The notes below the pieces were generated by a model. That model had not been told where the DNA came from. It did no database searches and saw nothing but the letters and a program-made list of their open reading frames with translations. A program made the translations under genes and the position numbers. A DNA stretch of 64,000 nucleotides, taken from Blastocystis sp. Blastoise. Taxonomy: Eukaryota; Protista; Bigyra: Opalinata. Below, piece after piece: positions 1 to 18,462 of the stretch (within the stretch, counting starts at the first letter, position 1; each line of letters starts with the position of its first letter). The DNA lies in NCBI GenBank assembly GCA_039096225.1, contig JBBPEB010000015.1:496001-560000 (forward strand), in the 5' to 3' direction.

Positions 1-1122
1 AAGAACAGATTAAAAAAATGAGACTCTAGATATACTGGATCTTTTCCAAAATACAAGACATTAATTATATTGTATCTTAATGTAATTGCTTATAGAAAAT
101 ACTGAGTTTTGTTAAAAACACAATATATATTAAGAATAGAAAAAGACAATCATAATTATAATGTTATTATAAATAATGAAAAGAGAAGAAAAGTATTATA
201 AAGAATTTAGTAATTAATTGAAAGAAAAAGACCTAAAGAGAAAAAAGTATCGAATAATAATAGACCTGAGGTTACAAATATATGCATATATACATTATTA
301 TAAAAAATAATAGAAAAATATACAAGCACATACAGTGATAAAGAATACAAGAAAAGAAATTGTTTTTGTTTTAAATTAATAAATAAACGAGATATCAATA
401 AATAATATTTCAATATATATAAAGTATGATATATTTATGAATATAATAACCCTTATGTAAATAAACTGATATTCAATAGAAAAAATAATGATAATAAAAG
501 CGAGGAGAAATGGTTAAAAAAGAAGAGTACAAAAAAAAAATAATATATATATACATTATTAAAGGGAATAGTAATAAATAAAAATTAAATATTATATATA
601 TATATATTAAATAACTACAAGATAGAAGCCACATAATATGCCGGCATAATATATTAATATATAATAAAAAGATTGAGAGAAAATAATTGTATAAAATAGA
701 TTTGATAAAATATTTATATATATATATATAGAAACTATAACAAATTAAGAAGAAATAAGTATTAAAAAAAGGAGAAAAGGAAACATAAAGCAACATAAAA
801 AGAAGTGTATATTTTAAGAAAAAAAAAAACAAATAAAACAAAAAAAAACAGAAATAAAAACAAAATAAAAGGATATTATTAAAAGAGGTTGAAATAAATT
901 ATATATACATATATATATATAATATATATATAATGGGAAAACAATAAAGGAAGATAAAATAAATGGTTGATAAAAAATATATCATATACAAAAATTGAAA
1001 AATCATAAATATACATATATGTAAATTGCAATAAATATAAAACAAAATGATAATGAAAATAAATGTAAAAAGAATGAGATTGATTTTTTGACTATATGAT
1101 ATATATATATGTAGAATATAAA

Positions 1123-1233
1123 TTAAGCTAAGTAGAGAATGGACTGATGAAGAACGAAATAATTTGAATACGAAGATAAAAATAATGAAACATTATTCAT
1201 ATTAATAACCGAATAACTATAATAAATAAATAA

Positions 1234-1285
<52 letters not shown>

Positions 1286-2647
1286 TCCAAAGAAAGATTG
1301 AATAACTCTGTCAAGTTGTGATATATGTATTCCTTGCGTATAATGTTGTGTCAACAACGTCTGAAGATGTCGAATTAATTCTGAGTCACTCTCACATTCT
1401 ATATATATATATATATAAGTATATAGAATAATATATAACAAATAATAAATAATATATAAAAAATAATAAATATAATAATATATATATACTAGTCCATTTA
1501 ATACAGACATTTGTAGAGAATAATATATTTTTAGTTAAAGAGAAGTATTCTTCTGTATTAATAGCAGGATAACTAGAAAAGTAATATTCACTAGTTTGTA
1601 CTATAGAGATAAATACATGAAATATAGGTATATAAGCTATATATATTAAATATTTAAATTATTAAAAAAATAAAGTTACAATATAAAAATGTATATATAT
1701 ATATATACAATTTGTTTCAATAATAGTATTACGAGCATAAGTAACTAATAGGTGTTGTAATGAATGAATATGTTTCGAATAGAATTCGATGAATGCATTG
1801 GAATCATAACTTCGAATGGAGAGTTTTAACATAACATCAAATAAAGAAATAGAATAAGGATATACATAAGGCTTCACAATAGCTATATATATATAATTAA
1901 TTAATATATATACATGATATATTAATAAATACTATATTATATAGTATAAAAAGACTAGAATTTTAAAATAATAATTGAATATATACATTGAAAATAATTA
2001 AGAATCAGATTAGAGGGAATTAAAAAAGAGGAATTTGTAGTAGAAGGAGATGATGGAGGTGAAGATGCGATAAACCGCGGGGATCCAATGGATTGTGTGG
2101 AATGTCCTTTAATAGTATTTATATCATTGGATGTAGTATACTCTGAAATGGAGGATGTACGACTTCCTGAGGATGGTGAAGAGAGTGTGAAAGGATGGGA
2201 AGAACGAGAAGTAGGAGAAGCAATAGAAACAGAAACAGGAGGAGTAGTAGATGATATGGATCTAGGAGACTATATATATATATATATATTCATAAAAAAT
2301 ACATATACTGTTGAATACGACTATAATGAAAAATATATATATATATATAAAATAAATAAAAAAGTGAAGATAACTTAAAATAACTATATATAATTCTTTA
2401 AAAACATACAGTAATATCTTTATCTTTTCCATATCCTAATTCTAGTGCTCTTCCTCTATATATATATCCCTGCATATGTGTATATGCATCAATAGCTTCA
2501 GCAGTAGAGAAATAATCAATAAATGCACAATTCTTATCATTCATTATTTTTATATTTTGAATAGCTCCAAAAGGATGGAATAACGTATGAAGCTCGTCAT
2601 TTGTAGCGTCAGTCAAATTACCTACCCAAAGATGACGGGTAGGAGTC

Positions 2648-2679
<32 letters not shown>

Positions 2680-3244
2680 CGAGAATAACATAAATATAAA
2701 TATATATGGCTATATAGAAAATAATATAAAAATATATATAATAGCATACATCATGATTTTCAGATTTATCAAAATTCTTTTCCTTCTTACTATAGGTAAT
2801 ATTACCCTTCCATTTCCCGTGTTTACTTAATACATCTTTAGCATTCTTTGCTTCCTGAGGAGTTGTGAAGTATATAAATGCATATCGACGAACTATAGAC
2901 ATGGAATAGGTATATATATATATCTTAATATAATATATAAATCGTAATATAATATATAAATCTTAATATAATATATAAATCTTAATATAATATATAAATC
3001 TGAATATAATATATAAATCGTAATATAATATATAAATCTGAATATAATATATAAATCTTTATATAATAAGCAAACAATATATATATATATACCTCCTTGA
3101 TTAAGTATTTTAATATCTTCGATAGAGCCAAACTCTTCGAATTCAGTTTTAATATCATTATATGTTAATGTTGATCCGACATTTCCAACATGAAGACAAC
3201 GACTTATATATATATTACTATTATCTATAGAGAGAAGAGATCAC

Positions 3245-3288
<44 letters not shown>

Positions 3289-4996
3289 AGTTAAATAAGA
3301 AAAGATAAAATCTAAAAAAAGTTAAAACTATATATATATACTTTGTACAGAAGGATATTTATCTGGATTATCAATAAGAACAACTGTATCATTCTTAGCA
3401 ATTCGATTCACCTATATATAGTTTATATATATATAACAATAGAAAACAATATAAATAAGAATAGATACTGCAAATAATTTTGGATAATTCTCTAATAAAT
3501 TTAAAAGGCCACAAAAGTTTTCTCTAATTTTTGACAAATATTTCTAAACAATGTATATATATATATATATTATCAATAATAAGAAAATAATATGTATATA
3601 TATATATATATACCATCCCAAGAGAGTCTCGAATTGTGTTGGCAAGTTCAACGGCTTTCATCGTATAATCTTTTGCATCTTTTAATAAACAACAAATATG
3701 AAAAATTAACTGTTCTACTGATTCCTATATATATATATATATATATATAATAGACGACAATATTAGCATTTAAAATATGAAAAATGTATAATTCTACTAA
3801 TAAATAGTATATACAAAAAAAAAAAGAAATAATTATATAAACATATAAATAAATATATATATTTACAGGTGTATTCATGACTTCTTGTTCTTGTTCATTC
3901 TTCGTTAGTCCATGGAGAGATACTGAAATAAACTGCACGTCTTCAGATATATCAAAGGAATCAGTACATAAACGAAGAAAAGGAATTAAACCTCCATACG
4001 CTTTCTTTAACTCTTTATATCTATATATATATTTATAGAAAAATATAAATAAAATTTACATATAAACCACAAAATTATATATATATATACTTAAAAGGAT
4101 TATCACGTGATAAGCATGCACCTAAATTGGCACTTGATACTTTCCCGCCTTTCTAAAGAAACATAAATAATGATAATAAACAATAAGAAAATATATAGAA
4201 TAATAACTATATACAACTAATAAAACACTCTTTATCCACTGTTTAAGTAACTGTACTTCTTCAGATGACGGATTAAAATTTACTTCACCAACATTCATCT
4301 ATATATAGATATATATATATAATCACGAATAATAAATCTAAATACATTTTGATATCGAATCGTTTCGATAGAATTATCCTCATATGTATTTAATTGAGGA
4401 TTTTGTACATATCGTTCTACATTAGATGGTTCAGTCATCATTACAGAAGGATTCTAAATAAATAATTGAATTTAAAATTTAAAATTTCAAAATAGTATAT
4501 ACATATTGTGCCATATAATAATTATTATTAAACATCTGGTTTTCTGCATATTCATAATTCTGTCTCACTGGTATTGAATTCATAATCATTTGATCAGATA
4601 ATGAAACAGAATTGGGAACTCCCATAATTGGTGATTTTGAACCTATTTTAAAAATCAAATATAGAATATAATATAAAACAAAAATATATCAATCAGAATT
4701 AAGAAGAAATACTTGAGTTTTGAGCATTAAAATTATAATAATTCTGAGGTGTACTTTGAAAATTAGGTTCTTCATAGAATTCGCTTGCTATATTGTTAGT
4801 ATACATAATGAAAAGGAATAAGAGATACATGCATATTGCAAATAAGCATTAGAAATATTATCTTTTGTAGATAATACATCAGAAGAGTATTGATTACACT
4901 CATGAATATCATCACTTCTTTCAGTACATTGAATCTGTTCTACGTCTGCTTTTTTATCCTAAAATACATGGAATATAAAGAGATTGTAAATACCAT
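1123..4996 (-). CDS. Multi-exon RNA-binding protein: two N-terminal LOTUS/OST-HTH-like domains, two RRMs, further C-terminal LOTUS-like domain(s)
   Basis: ATG at 4996 is followed by a 35-nt GT-AG intron (4959-4993). Spliced exons give KGGKVSSANLGACLSRDNPFKYKELKKAYGGLIPFL and MKAVELANTIRDSLGMKYLSKIRENFCGLLNLLENYPKLF (OST-HTH-like), RRM1 RCLHVGNV...RRYAFIYF and RRM2 RHLWVGNL...KNCAFIDY...GRALELGYGK. The last exon ends SILYLA* at 1123. All ~14 introns are GT-AG. Confidence 0.8.
2922..3068. repeat. 19-bp intronic minisatellite (ATCTTAATATAATATATAA), ~7-8 copies
   Basis: Visible tandem array with ATCGT/ATCTG variants inside the intron that splits RRM1. Confidence 0.85.
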
Positions 4997-7162
4997 CTTG
5001 AAATGACCTAGTTATTATTCCTGTTTGTAAATTTGCTTGTTATGCCAGATAAACAATATGTCCAAATAGATATTTATGCAATATTCAAATGGTTGTGGCA
5101 TTAAAAAGATTTGATGCACAAAAAAGAGAAAGAAACTGAGAACCAAAAATAAGCAGGACTTTAAGGCCATTTTATTTTTCAAACCGTGATTATCGGAAAG
5201 AGCTTCATAAATTATCTCCTCTTTTTGAGAACCCATATTCCTATTTCATCATCATTTTAGGGGACAATTAAATTAGGGTCTTAACAAAATACTATCTAAT
5301 TTCAAACGTGTGTTTGATCCAGACGTTCTTCTTTTTCTTTTGCTTTCACCACAAATATCATCATTATTATGAATATACGTCTAGTTTGCCAAAAAATCAA
5401 AAAGAATCATACATTTTAAATTTTTTAGACCAAAGAACAATCGCCTTCATCATGAAATCATCATAATATATTATTCCATAATTATTATGCCACTGAGACG
5501 TTTAGTATCAATTTGTTTAGGTAAAAGAATCAATTTGATAATTATTTTTTTTGTATTAAAACATAAAAGAAATCAGTAGAATCTTTAGAACAGTAACTGA
5601 GCTTTCACAAATACATATTTTAAAATATTAATTTCTAATAATAAAGAAAAAAACGATAAAAACAAAAAAATGAAAAGAAAGCAGACGTTTTATTGGGAAA
5701 GAAAGAAACAAAACTGCTTTCGCATAAATTTCAAAGCCATTTTCTTTGATTCTCTTTTGCCTTTTTTAATAATACTAGTTATCTTATAGTATCAATATAC
5801 TATATGAATTATTTGTATGGAGCAGATCATTGATCTTTCTATATTAATTGCCACGACAATAAATGGTTACAATGTGATGTGTCAATGATATTAGAAGCAT
5901 TTGAAAACTAATCTATATTCCACCATTCATTTTTATTTATAAAAAACACATAAGTCTTGGTACATTAAAAGGAAAAAAAGATCTAATGTATGGTGCCCAA
6001 ATTACGAATTTTCTACTAAAAAAAATTTTTATTACAAGATTTTTATTGGCTAATTTAAAACTGTGATGTCATCACAACCCTTTCTTTTTGAATCTCCAAT
6101 CATTTTTAGTTTATTAACTACCACTCATTTTTAAATATTCTTTATGAATTCTTATTAAAAAAGTGAAAAGCTTAATGCAGCAATCAACATAGTAAGATTA
6201 CTTCAGTTACTGCTGTTGCATTTCATGAGAACATTCACAAAACCGTTATCATTCAAAACCTAAAAGTTGTGCTTTTCGCCTTAACGATTTTTATAAATAG
6301 CTTTAACAGAATTTTGACATATCATCATAATAATATAATAGATAATTCCTACAAATCGTTGAGTATGACTTGAGATGAGTATTTACTAATTAAGAAAAAT
6401 ATATCTATATCAATAATTTCCTTGTTGAAATTTTCTAATTGACTAATTTTTGTGAGTTAAACATTTTTATCACCATATTTAAGTGGATTGTTATCATATA
6501 AAAACAAATATACAAATTTTATCTGAAGTGGTTAAAAATATCGAAGAGAATTTCTATTATCAAAAAAAGGAAGTAATCTCTTAATTTTTTCCATGTAGAA
6601 TCAGCGAACATATTGATGTATATAATTATTGTGGAATATCTTATTCTGTTCAGAATGCATTTTTACATCATAAACTAGGAAATATAGTATTAACAACATT
6701 TTGATATACACTATAGAAGAAAGAATTACACAGCATATGGTTTGTCGAGGAATAGCATATATATATGTTAAGAAAAACATCATAAACTGTATACTATTTT
6801 GAAAATATTAGTTTATTCTCAGTATACTATGAGTTAAAACGATATGAAAACATATATATTTCAGTGGTGTTTTATTCAAATCGAAAAGAAATCAATTATT
6901 TGTTCTTTATTATAAATTCATTAAAAACACACACACAAAAAAAAGATTTTTTTAAATACTAGAAGAAATGAGAAAATGACAGAAAAGTTCTCCATTTAGG
7001 AATTCTATTCTAAGAAAGAGAACTCTATCTCGAGAAATCATTGGTTGCTCAATTCTCTTATTCATTTCGATCTCCACTGATGTTTTTTTGTTAATGGTCA
7101 AATTGTTCTCAATTACTTTCAAATTTTCTATTGCTTTTTATTTGTTGTATTCAATTTAAACA

Positions 7163-7803
7163 ATGGGTGTTTCAATAACTCAAACTTGTGCCAATATGGT
7201 TAAAACTTGTGTAGGAGCTGGTATTCTTGCTCTTCCTAATACTTTTTACGGAGCTGGTCTTGTTCCTTCTCTTATTATTCTGATAGTTGTCACTCTTTGG
7301 TCTGGATTTTGCACGAAGAGACTTGTTTCTTGTATGACTTCTACTCTTGAAGGTGTTCTTGGAAATATTTTTGATGATAACAATGATCCTTATTTTCATT
7401 TAGTAAGAAAAGCACTTGGTAAATTTGGTGTAGTTTTATTAAATATATGTTATGTTGTTACTCTTTATGGTATTGCCACCGCTTATCAAATTACTTGGAC
7501 TAATTTATTAATTCATATGGATTGGGAAAAGATTGGATTCTCTCTCGGTTCTGAAAGATGGTTCTGGTGTATTATTTACTTTATTATTGTTCTTCCTTTA
7601 TCTTATTTACGTAATCTTGAGTATGTATATGTTTTCTATAGACTATTCTGATTTTTTATTTCTATTTTTATTTTATATTTTAGTTCCCTTGGTTTCGTCT
7701 CTCTTTTCGGTAATATAGTTATTGGTGTCTCTTCTATTCTTGTTCTTGTGTATATATTTATTATATTGATTATTATATATTGATTATTATTATTATTAAG
7801 CAA

Positions 7804-7843
<40 letters not shown>

Positions 7844-7880
7844 TGATTATTATATATTGATTATTATTATTATTAAGCAA

Positions 7881-7941
<61 letters not shown>

Positions 7942-9280
7942 TGTATTATTATTATATTGTTCATTATTTGTTATTTATATCATATTATTCTTCTATATAG
8001 TTATGGTGGTATTCACTGGGGTTTCCATTGGGATAACTCTCTCCTTTGGTATAAGAATCCCATGGATATGGCAGTCATCTTTGGCGTCTTTTGTTATGCT
8101 TTATGTATTATCTTTATTGGACCCACTTCGAAGGTATTCATATATATCCATGTCTTTTGTTGTTTTTGAAGTTAGTTGGATTCTAAATATATATTTATAT
8201 TTATATTTATATTTATATTTATATATCTGCTTATTGTCTCTTTTTTTTTCATTTTCATAAATATATGCAATTCACTTCTATTCTTATTCACTTCTTTTTT
8301 ATTCTCTATGTTATATGTTTTATATATTCATATAGAAAACTCTTAATAATGGTAATAAATTTGACTTCTGCTTATGGATATCTCTTCTTATTTGTTTTGC
8401 TCTTTACAGCGTTCTTGGTGGATTTGGTGCTATTTTCTTCAAAGAAGACCCTAGTAAGCATACATATTATTATGCTATATATATATATTTTTAATATTAT
8501 TTATTATATATATATATTTTTAATTATATTTATTATATATATATTTTTTTTTATTATTTATTATATATTATTAATATAAGCCTATATAACCCTCTGTATC
8601 TAGATGGTATTGATGCTATTGTCTTAGATAACATGACGGATAGTCCTATATTCTATTATATTACTGCTATTGGTCTCTGTATGTCTTGTCTTGCCTCTTA
8701 TCCTATTGCTGTTTATCCTGCTGCTCTTGCTGTAGAATCCTGGATCACCGATACACGTATTTATATTTATATTTATTTTTTTTATATTCACAGTTGTTTT
8801 TAAGAAAACCTTAAAATTATCCATTTAATTCAAATCTTCTGAATCTTTTTTTTTTTAATTATATCACTTATATTTTTTATAAAATTATTTATTAATATTC
8901 TTTCTTCTTCATAGTTGATAAACCTGAAAATAAAACTTTTGTTCGTAATTGGAAGAGAATTGTTATGAGAACATGTATGCTTGCTGTTGTTACTATTCTT
9001 GCTTTCGTATTCCCTGATTTCAAGAAAGTTATTGGCTTAAATATCCTTTTATATTTATTTTATTATTTTACATAATTTCTTATTTCATATAAAATATTTC
9101 TTTAATAAATCACTTGGTTGTCTCACTGTCTCCACGGTTCAATTTATTTTACCTCCTCTTGTTCACTATCGTCTTAGTCCTTCCAATACTTGGAGCACCA
9201 TTCTCGATATCTCTTTAACTGTTATTGGTGTTCTCGTTATGGTTTTCACTACATACTGCACAATTGTTACCAGTAATTAA
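7163..9280 (+). CDS. Amino acid transporter, AAAP/Aa_trans (SLC36/38-like) family, 7 exons
   Basis: N-terminal NMVKTCVGAGILALP motif and many TM segments. C-terminal FPDFKKVIGLIGCLTVSTVQFILPPLVHY appears only after removing the AT-AC intron 9041-9113. Stop TAA at 9278-9280. Confidence 0.9.
7785..7955. repeat. (ATT)n microsatellite, intronic
   Basis: Interrupted trinucleotide tract in intron 2 of the amino acid transporter. Confidence 0.9.
9041..9113 (+). other. U12-type (minor spliceosome) AT-AC intron, 73 nt
   Basis: 5' ATATCCTTTT, branch-like TTTCTTTAAT at 9097-9106, 3' ...ATCAC. Removal joins TTA A|TT GGT and restores VIGLIGCLTVS. Confidence 0.9.
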
Positions 9281-9472
9281 TTGATTTCCTGCTAGTTAAT
9301 ATTTTTTTGTTACATCATTTGTTTTGTTCTGCTTTTATTTTCATTATTAATTGTTAACATAAATAAAACACTCAAATAAGCTATTCAACTGCAAAATAAG
9401 TACCGAAAAAATAAAAAGTGTTCCAGAATATATTTTTTCTAATTCTTATTTTTTCTAAGGAACTAATCAACA

Positions 9473-9682
9473 ATGGAAGCACCAAATATTACTAAAGAGG
9501 AAATGTACTCACAACTTTCAGATTCTCTATCGACACTTGAAAAAGCCATGTCAACATTTGCAGATAAAACGAAAGAAACTCAAGAATTAGTGTCGAAAGC
9601 ATCATCTACGGCTGTTCTATTTGCGAATATGTTTCAAAATGCGCCTACACTGTCACAACTTAATAATGTTAAACAAAAGTAA
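9473..9682 (+). CDS. 69-aa coiled-coil protein, probable DASH/Dam1 kinetochore complex subunit Hsk3-like
   Basis: Intronless ORF with ACAATG start context like neighbouring genes. KEEMYSQLSDSLSTLEKAM...T...MFQNA aligns without gaps by eye to the fungal Hsk3 pattern K..YS.L...L..L...L...T...LF..A, and the size matches. Confidence 0.55.
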   Translation: MEAPNITKEEMYSQLSDSLSTLEKAMSTFADKTKETQELVSKASSTAVLFANMFQNAPTLSQLNNVKQK

Positions 9683-9916
9683 TCACCACTTTTCGTATTG
9701 TTGTTTTATGTGTTAATAATAGTAATTAGTTGATATGTTTTGTAATGATTTCTTTTTCATTCAAAAATTTATATACTATTCACTGTATGAATATGATTAA
9801 TATTCATTTAATTTTATATTAACAAAACAAGAATTAAAAATCTCATACTTAAATCAAAAAAAAATCAAAAGGAATTATATTAAAATATAAAGATAAATAA
9901 ATATATATAGCCATTT

Positions 9917-14719
<4,803 letters not shown>

Positions 14720-14899
14720 TTTAACTCATTAAAAATAACTTAAGACATAAAAAAATATATATAAAGAAATTGAAAACACTTTCTATAGATAATTTCCAAA
14801 TAAAGAACATGCAATAAAGAATGTCAAAAATAAGAACCACTGGATGGTATTTCTGTTTCGATTCTTCATGAAAACGTCTAAACGACTGGATAAAAAAGG

Positions 14900-15060
14900 A
14901 GATTGGAAGGACCCTATTGCCTCATTTGTTCTTTATCTCAATAATCCAGTGAGAAAAAGATAAAGCACATCTTTTCTTTGGTGACTTCTATCCAATAATC
15001 CAATCAATTGTTTGGAGCCATGACCCAATTTTGTTGGTTAACAGCAAGAATTATTGGTTT
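14900..15060. promoter_or_regulatory. CCAAT-box cluster upstream of the permease gene
   Basis: Five CCAAT/ATTGG within ~160 nt (about 14902, 14992, 15000, 15025, 15053), 180-340 nt before the ATG at 14719. Confidence 0.45.
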
Positions 15061-16417
15061 TTTCAAATTCTTATTTGATGTAGTTTATTGGAATAAGTTT
15101 TAAGAATTTGGTTTGGCTCCTTTTTTGTTGTGTGCACATCCTCATAGAGTCAGCAACAAATATATAGACACTACTTCCATTTAAACTCTCATTGTTATCC
15201 TCAATACCATCAAATAGACAAGTTTTTAGTGTATTTTTCGTAGTTATCTTGTAAAATTGATTAGTTAGACATGACTCAATAGAAAAAGAATGTCGTATTT
15301 TATTATTCCAAATAGACAACAAGAATAGGTCACTTTATTTTAGTTTAAAATACCATATTTTTATTTGTTATAACACAGAATACAGAATTTAAATATATAT
15401 TTGTTTTATACTTCAATCTTCTATCAGGTCAATTTTTGAAATAGTCAAATTATAATAATGATTGATTTCTAGAATGTAGTAGTATTTGTTTAATTAATGA
15501 AAAATATTACTTTTATTGAATAAAAGAAGAATAATTTTAAAATTCTCTTTTTTCAGTAATATTATAAGGTAATTTCACATTAAAACGTTTTTTAGTTATG
15601 ATTTTGCACAAAAACATATAATATTATATTTGTGTAATAAAATTTGAAAAAATAATTTGTGTCAAAGGTCTTGAATTGAACTTATTTGAATTGATAATGA
15701 ACGTATAAAAAGTATAAAGCATGTTTTAAATATATATATACATAAAAAAAAGAGATCATGATTAAAAAGAAAAAGAAATGTTTGAAATGGATATTGATAT
15801 ATTTTTTTAATTTTCTTTTTATTACTTTCAAAAATGGATCTTTTTAATATTATTAAAAAAATAGTTTTTATATAGGACATGATGGATAGTTTGTGTTTAT
15901 TAGGCTTTTCTTCTTTTGTAAGTGTTTGTATGTTATACATAATTACGAATTATTAGATTCATATGACAATAGAAGCGGCTTATGCATAAAATCAATATTG
16001 AAAATGTATAGTAATAAAAAAAATTAGATAGTTCAATACAATAAAACTATCACATAAAAAATATTTTTAGCTCAGAAGAAAATGAAATGAATTTATTATA
16101 TGTTACAGTCGAGAGTCAAAATTAACAGTAAAAATGTTATTGAAATTGAATGATGTTTTCAAAAATATCATATTATGTACAATGTAGCTTTTTATTTATG
16201 CTAAGTATGGTAGTCCATTTATAAAAATAAAAAGAATTATGTTTGAAAATCCAAGATTGTTTTGTTTAAAGAAAAAAAACGAGTTCAGAGAAAGATTCAG
16301 TTCTTCTTTTTTATAGAAAAAGGAGTCTATTTATTTTTTCATGGTTGCATATATTCATATCACTTGGTTTTCTTATTACATAAAGCTCAATAAATTATTA
16401 TATACAATTATTATCTC

Positions 16418-18462
16418 ATGCAGCGATTGATTCAACAAAATATTTTTCATTCTGTTAACTACTTGAGATGTTCGTCCGTTATGATTTCACGATGTTCATT
16501 ATGTGCCGAAGTTTCGTTATCACAAAGAATGTATAGTACTTATAATCATAATATGAAAGGACAAAAAAAGTCAACAATATGGTCAAGGTTACGGAAAGTG
16601 ATTACGTTTCTTCCATTTAAAATTCCACAACGATTAGATGATAAATTAACAAGTTTGGTTGAAAAAGATGATAATCCTATTCCAATTTTACCAAAAGCTA
16701 CGACTCTTTCCGTTTGGAGAGCTCTTACAGGGAATTTATTAAGTACACTTTTGAAAATGATGGCTTATCAAGCTACAGGTTCCAGTGCAATGTTTGCAGA
16801 AACACTACATGGATTTGCTGATACAACTAATCAAGTCTTATTATTAATTGGAATGTGGCAGACTCAGGTATAAATAAATAAAATAAATATATGTATAGAT
16901 ATTGAATAAGTATAATATGATATAGAATTAATATGATATGATATAGAGTATATATAATATGATATAGAATAAATATAATATGATATAGAATAAATATTAT
17001 AGATATTGACAAACATAAATATATATATGTTTAATCATAACTATATATATGTTTAATCATAACTATATATAAATATAATTAAATATATTTATAAAGCAAT
17101 ATAACCATAAATAGAATCCAATATTATAAGTAATTTCATTATATAGAATTCTCCAGATAGATCCCATCCTTATGGATATGGTAAATCTGCATTCGTTTGG
17201 AGTCTTATCAGTGCTATGGGTACGTTTTGGATGGGATGTGCATTGTCTGTTTATACAGGTGTATCTCATCTTTTGAGTCCAGTTGCAGCTATAGAATTTG
17301 GACCATGGTCTTTATTTGCGTTAGTATCTTCTTTTTGTCTTGATGGATATGTATTATCGAAAACACTTCAAGAATTAAAAACAACAAAACCAAATGGTAT
17401 ATAAATTATTATTCTGTTATATATATATATATATATAACAACTGTATATATATAACTATTATATATATTACTATATATATATTAAATTATAAGATTATAT
17501 ATATAGATATAAGTTTATGGAAACATGCAATGAATAATAAGGATCCATTTGTTAATGCAGTTCTTCTTGAAGATATGGCAGGTACTTCAGGTGCTATAAT
17601 TGCTTTAGTGGCTGTATTGACATCTATAATCACGGGAAATGTGATGTTTGATAGTTTAGGTACAATAGGTGTAGGAGCTATGTTGGGTGTTGTTTCCTTT
17701 CGTTTATTAAATCTTAATACTCGTTATCTTGTGGGAACTGCAATTGATGAAGAAACAGAAGGAGAAATATGTAAATTAATTGCTAATCAACCTTATATTG
17801 AAGGAATGTATGTAATCAATTAATATATTCTTGTATAGTTTATTTTTAGTAATAATTTATCCATTTTTATATATATATTAATATATATAATTACTACTTC
17901 TCTATAGAAAGAATGTTCAAACTCAATATTTAGGTTCAAAAGCTTATACATTTAAAGCTGATATAGATATGAAAGGAACTTATATAGCTGCTGAACTATC
18001 GAGTGATTATATAAAAGCTATTCAAGAATCTATGGAAAAATCAATGATTAGCAAAGATATGCCTGTACTTCTTTCGTATTATTCAGAAGATGTCAGTCGT
18101 GTAATTGAAAGAGAATTAAGACAATTAGAGAATCGAATTAAAAGTAAATTTCCTGATGCTGAATATGTAGACTTAAAAATTGGAAGTGATATTAGCGATT
18201 ATTTGAAATTAATTGTATATATATTTTTTAATTTACATATTCTTATATATAATATATAAATATTTTTTGTTACTATGCTATATATATATAGGAAATTCAA
18301 GATGATGATTTAAAGAAAGAAGAACTAGAAAACTTTAATGAATTTGTTCAATATTTAGATAAAGAAAAAGTCTCAATGAATCCTCCTATTCGCCAAATCT
18401 ACAGACCTATGCCTGTGATGAGGACTAAATCGAAATATAATAAATACTTCTATGATAATTAA
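16418..18462 (+). CDS. Cation diffusion facilitator zinc transporter, ZnT9/SLC30A9-like, with putative mitochondrial-type presequence; 5 exons
   Basis: GSSAMFAETLHGFADTTNQVLL, HPYGYGKSAFVWSLISAMG, VLLEDMAG, FDSLGTIGVG. The N-terminus is R/S-rich and acid-poor. Stop at 18460-18462. Confidence 0.9.

Noticed and set aside
207-841. F/L/Y/I-rich ORFs
   Set aside because: AT-rich 3' UTR or intergenic sequence downstream of the RRM gene; no coding signal
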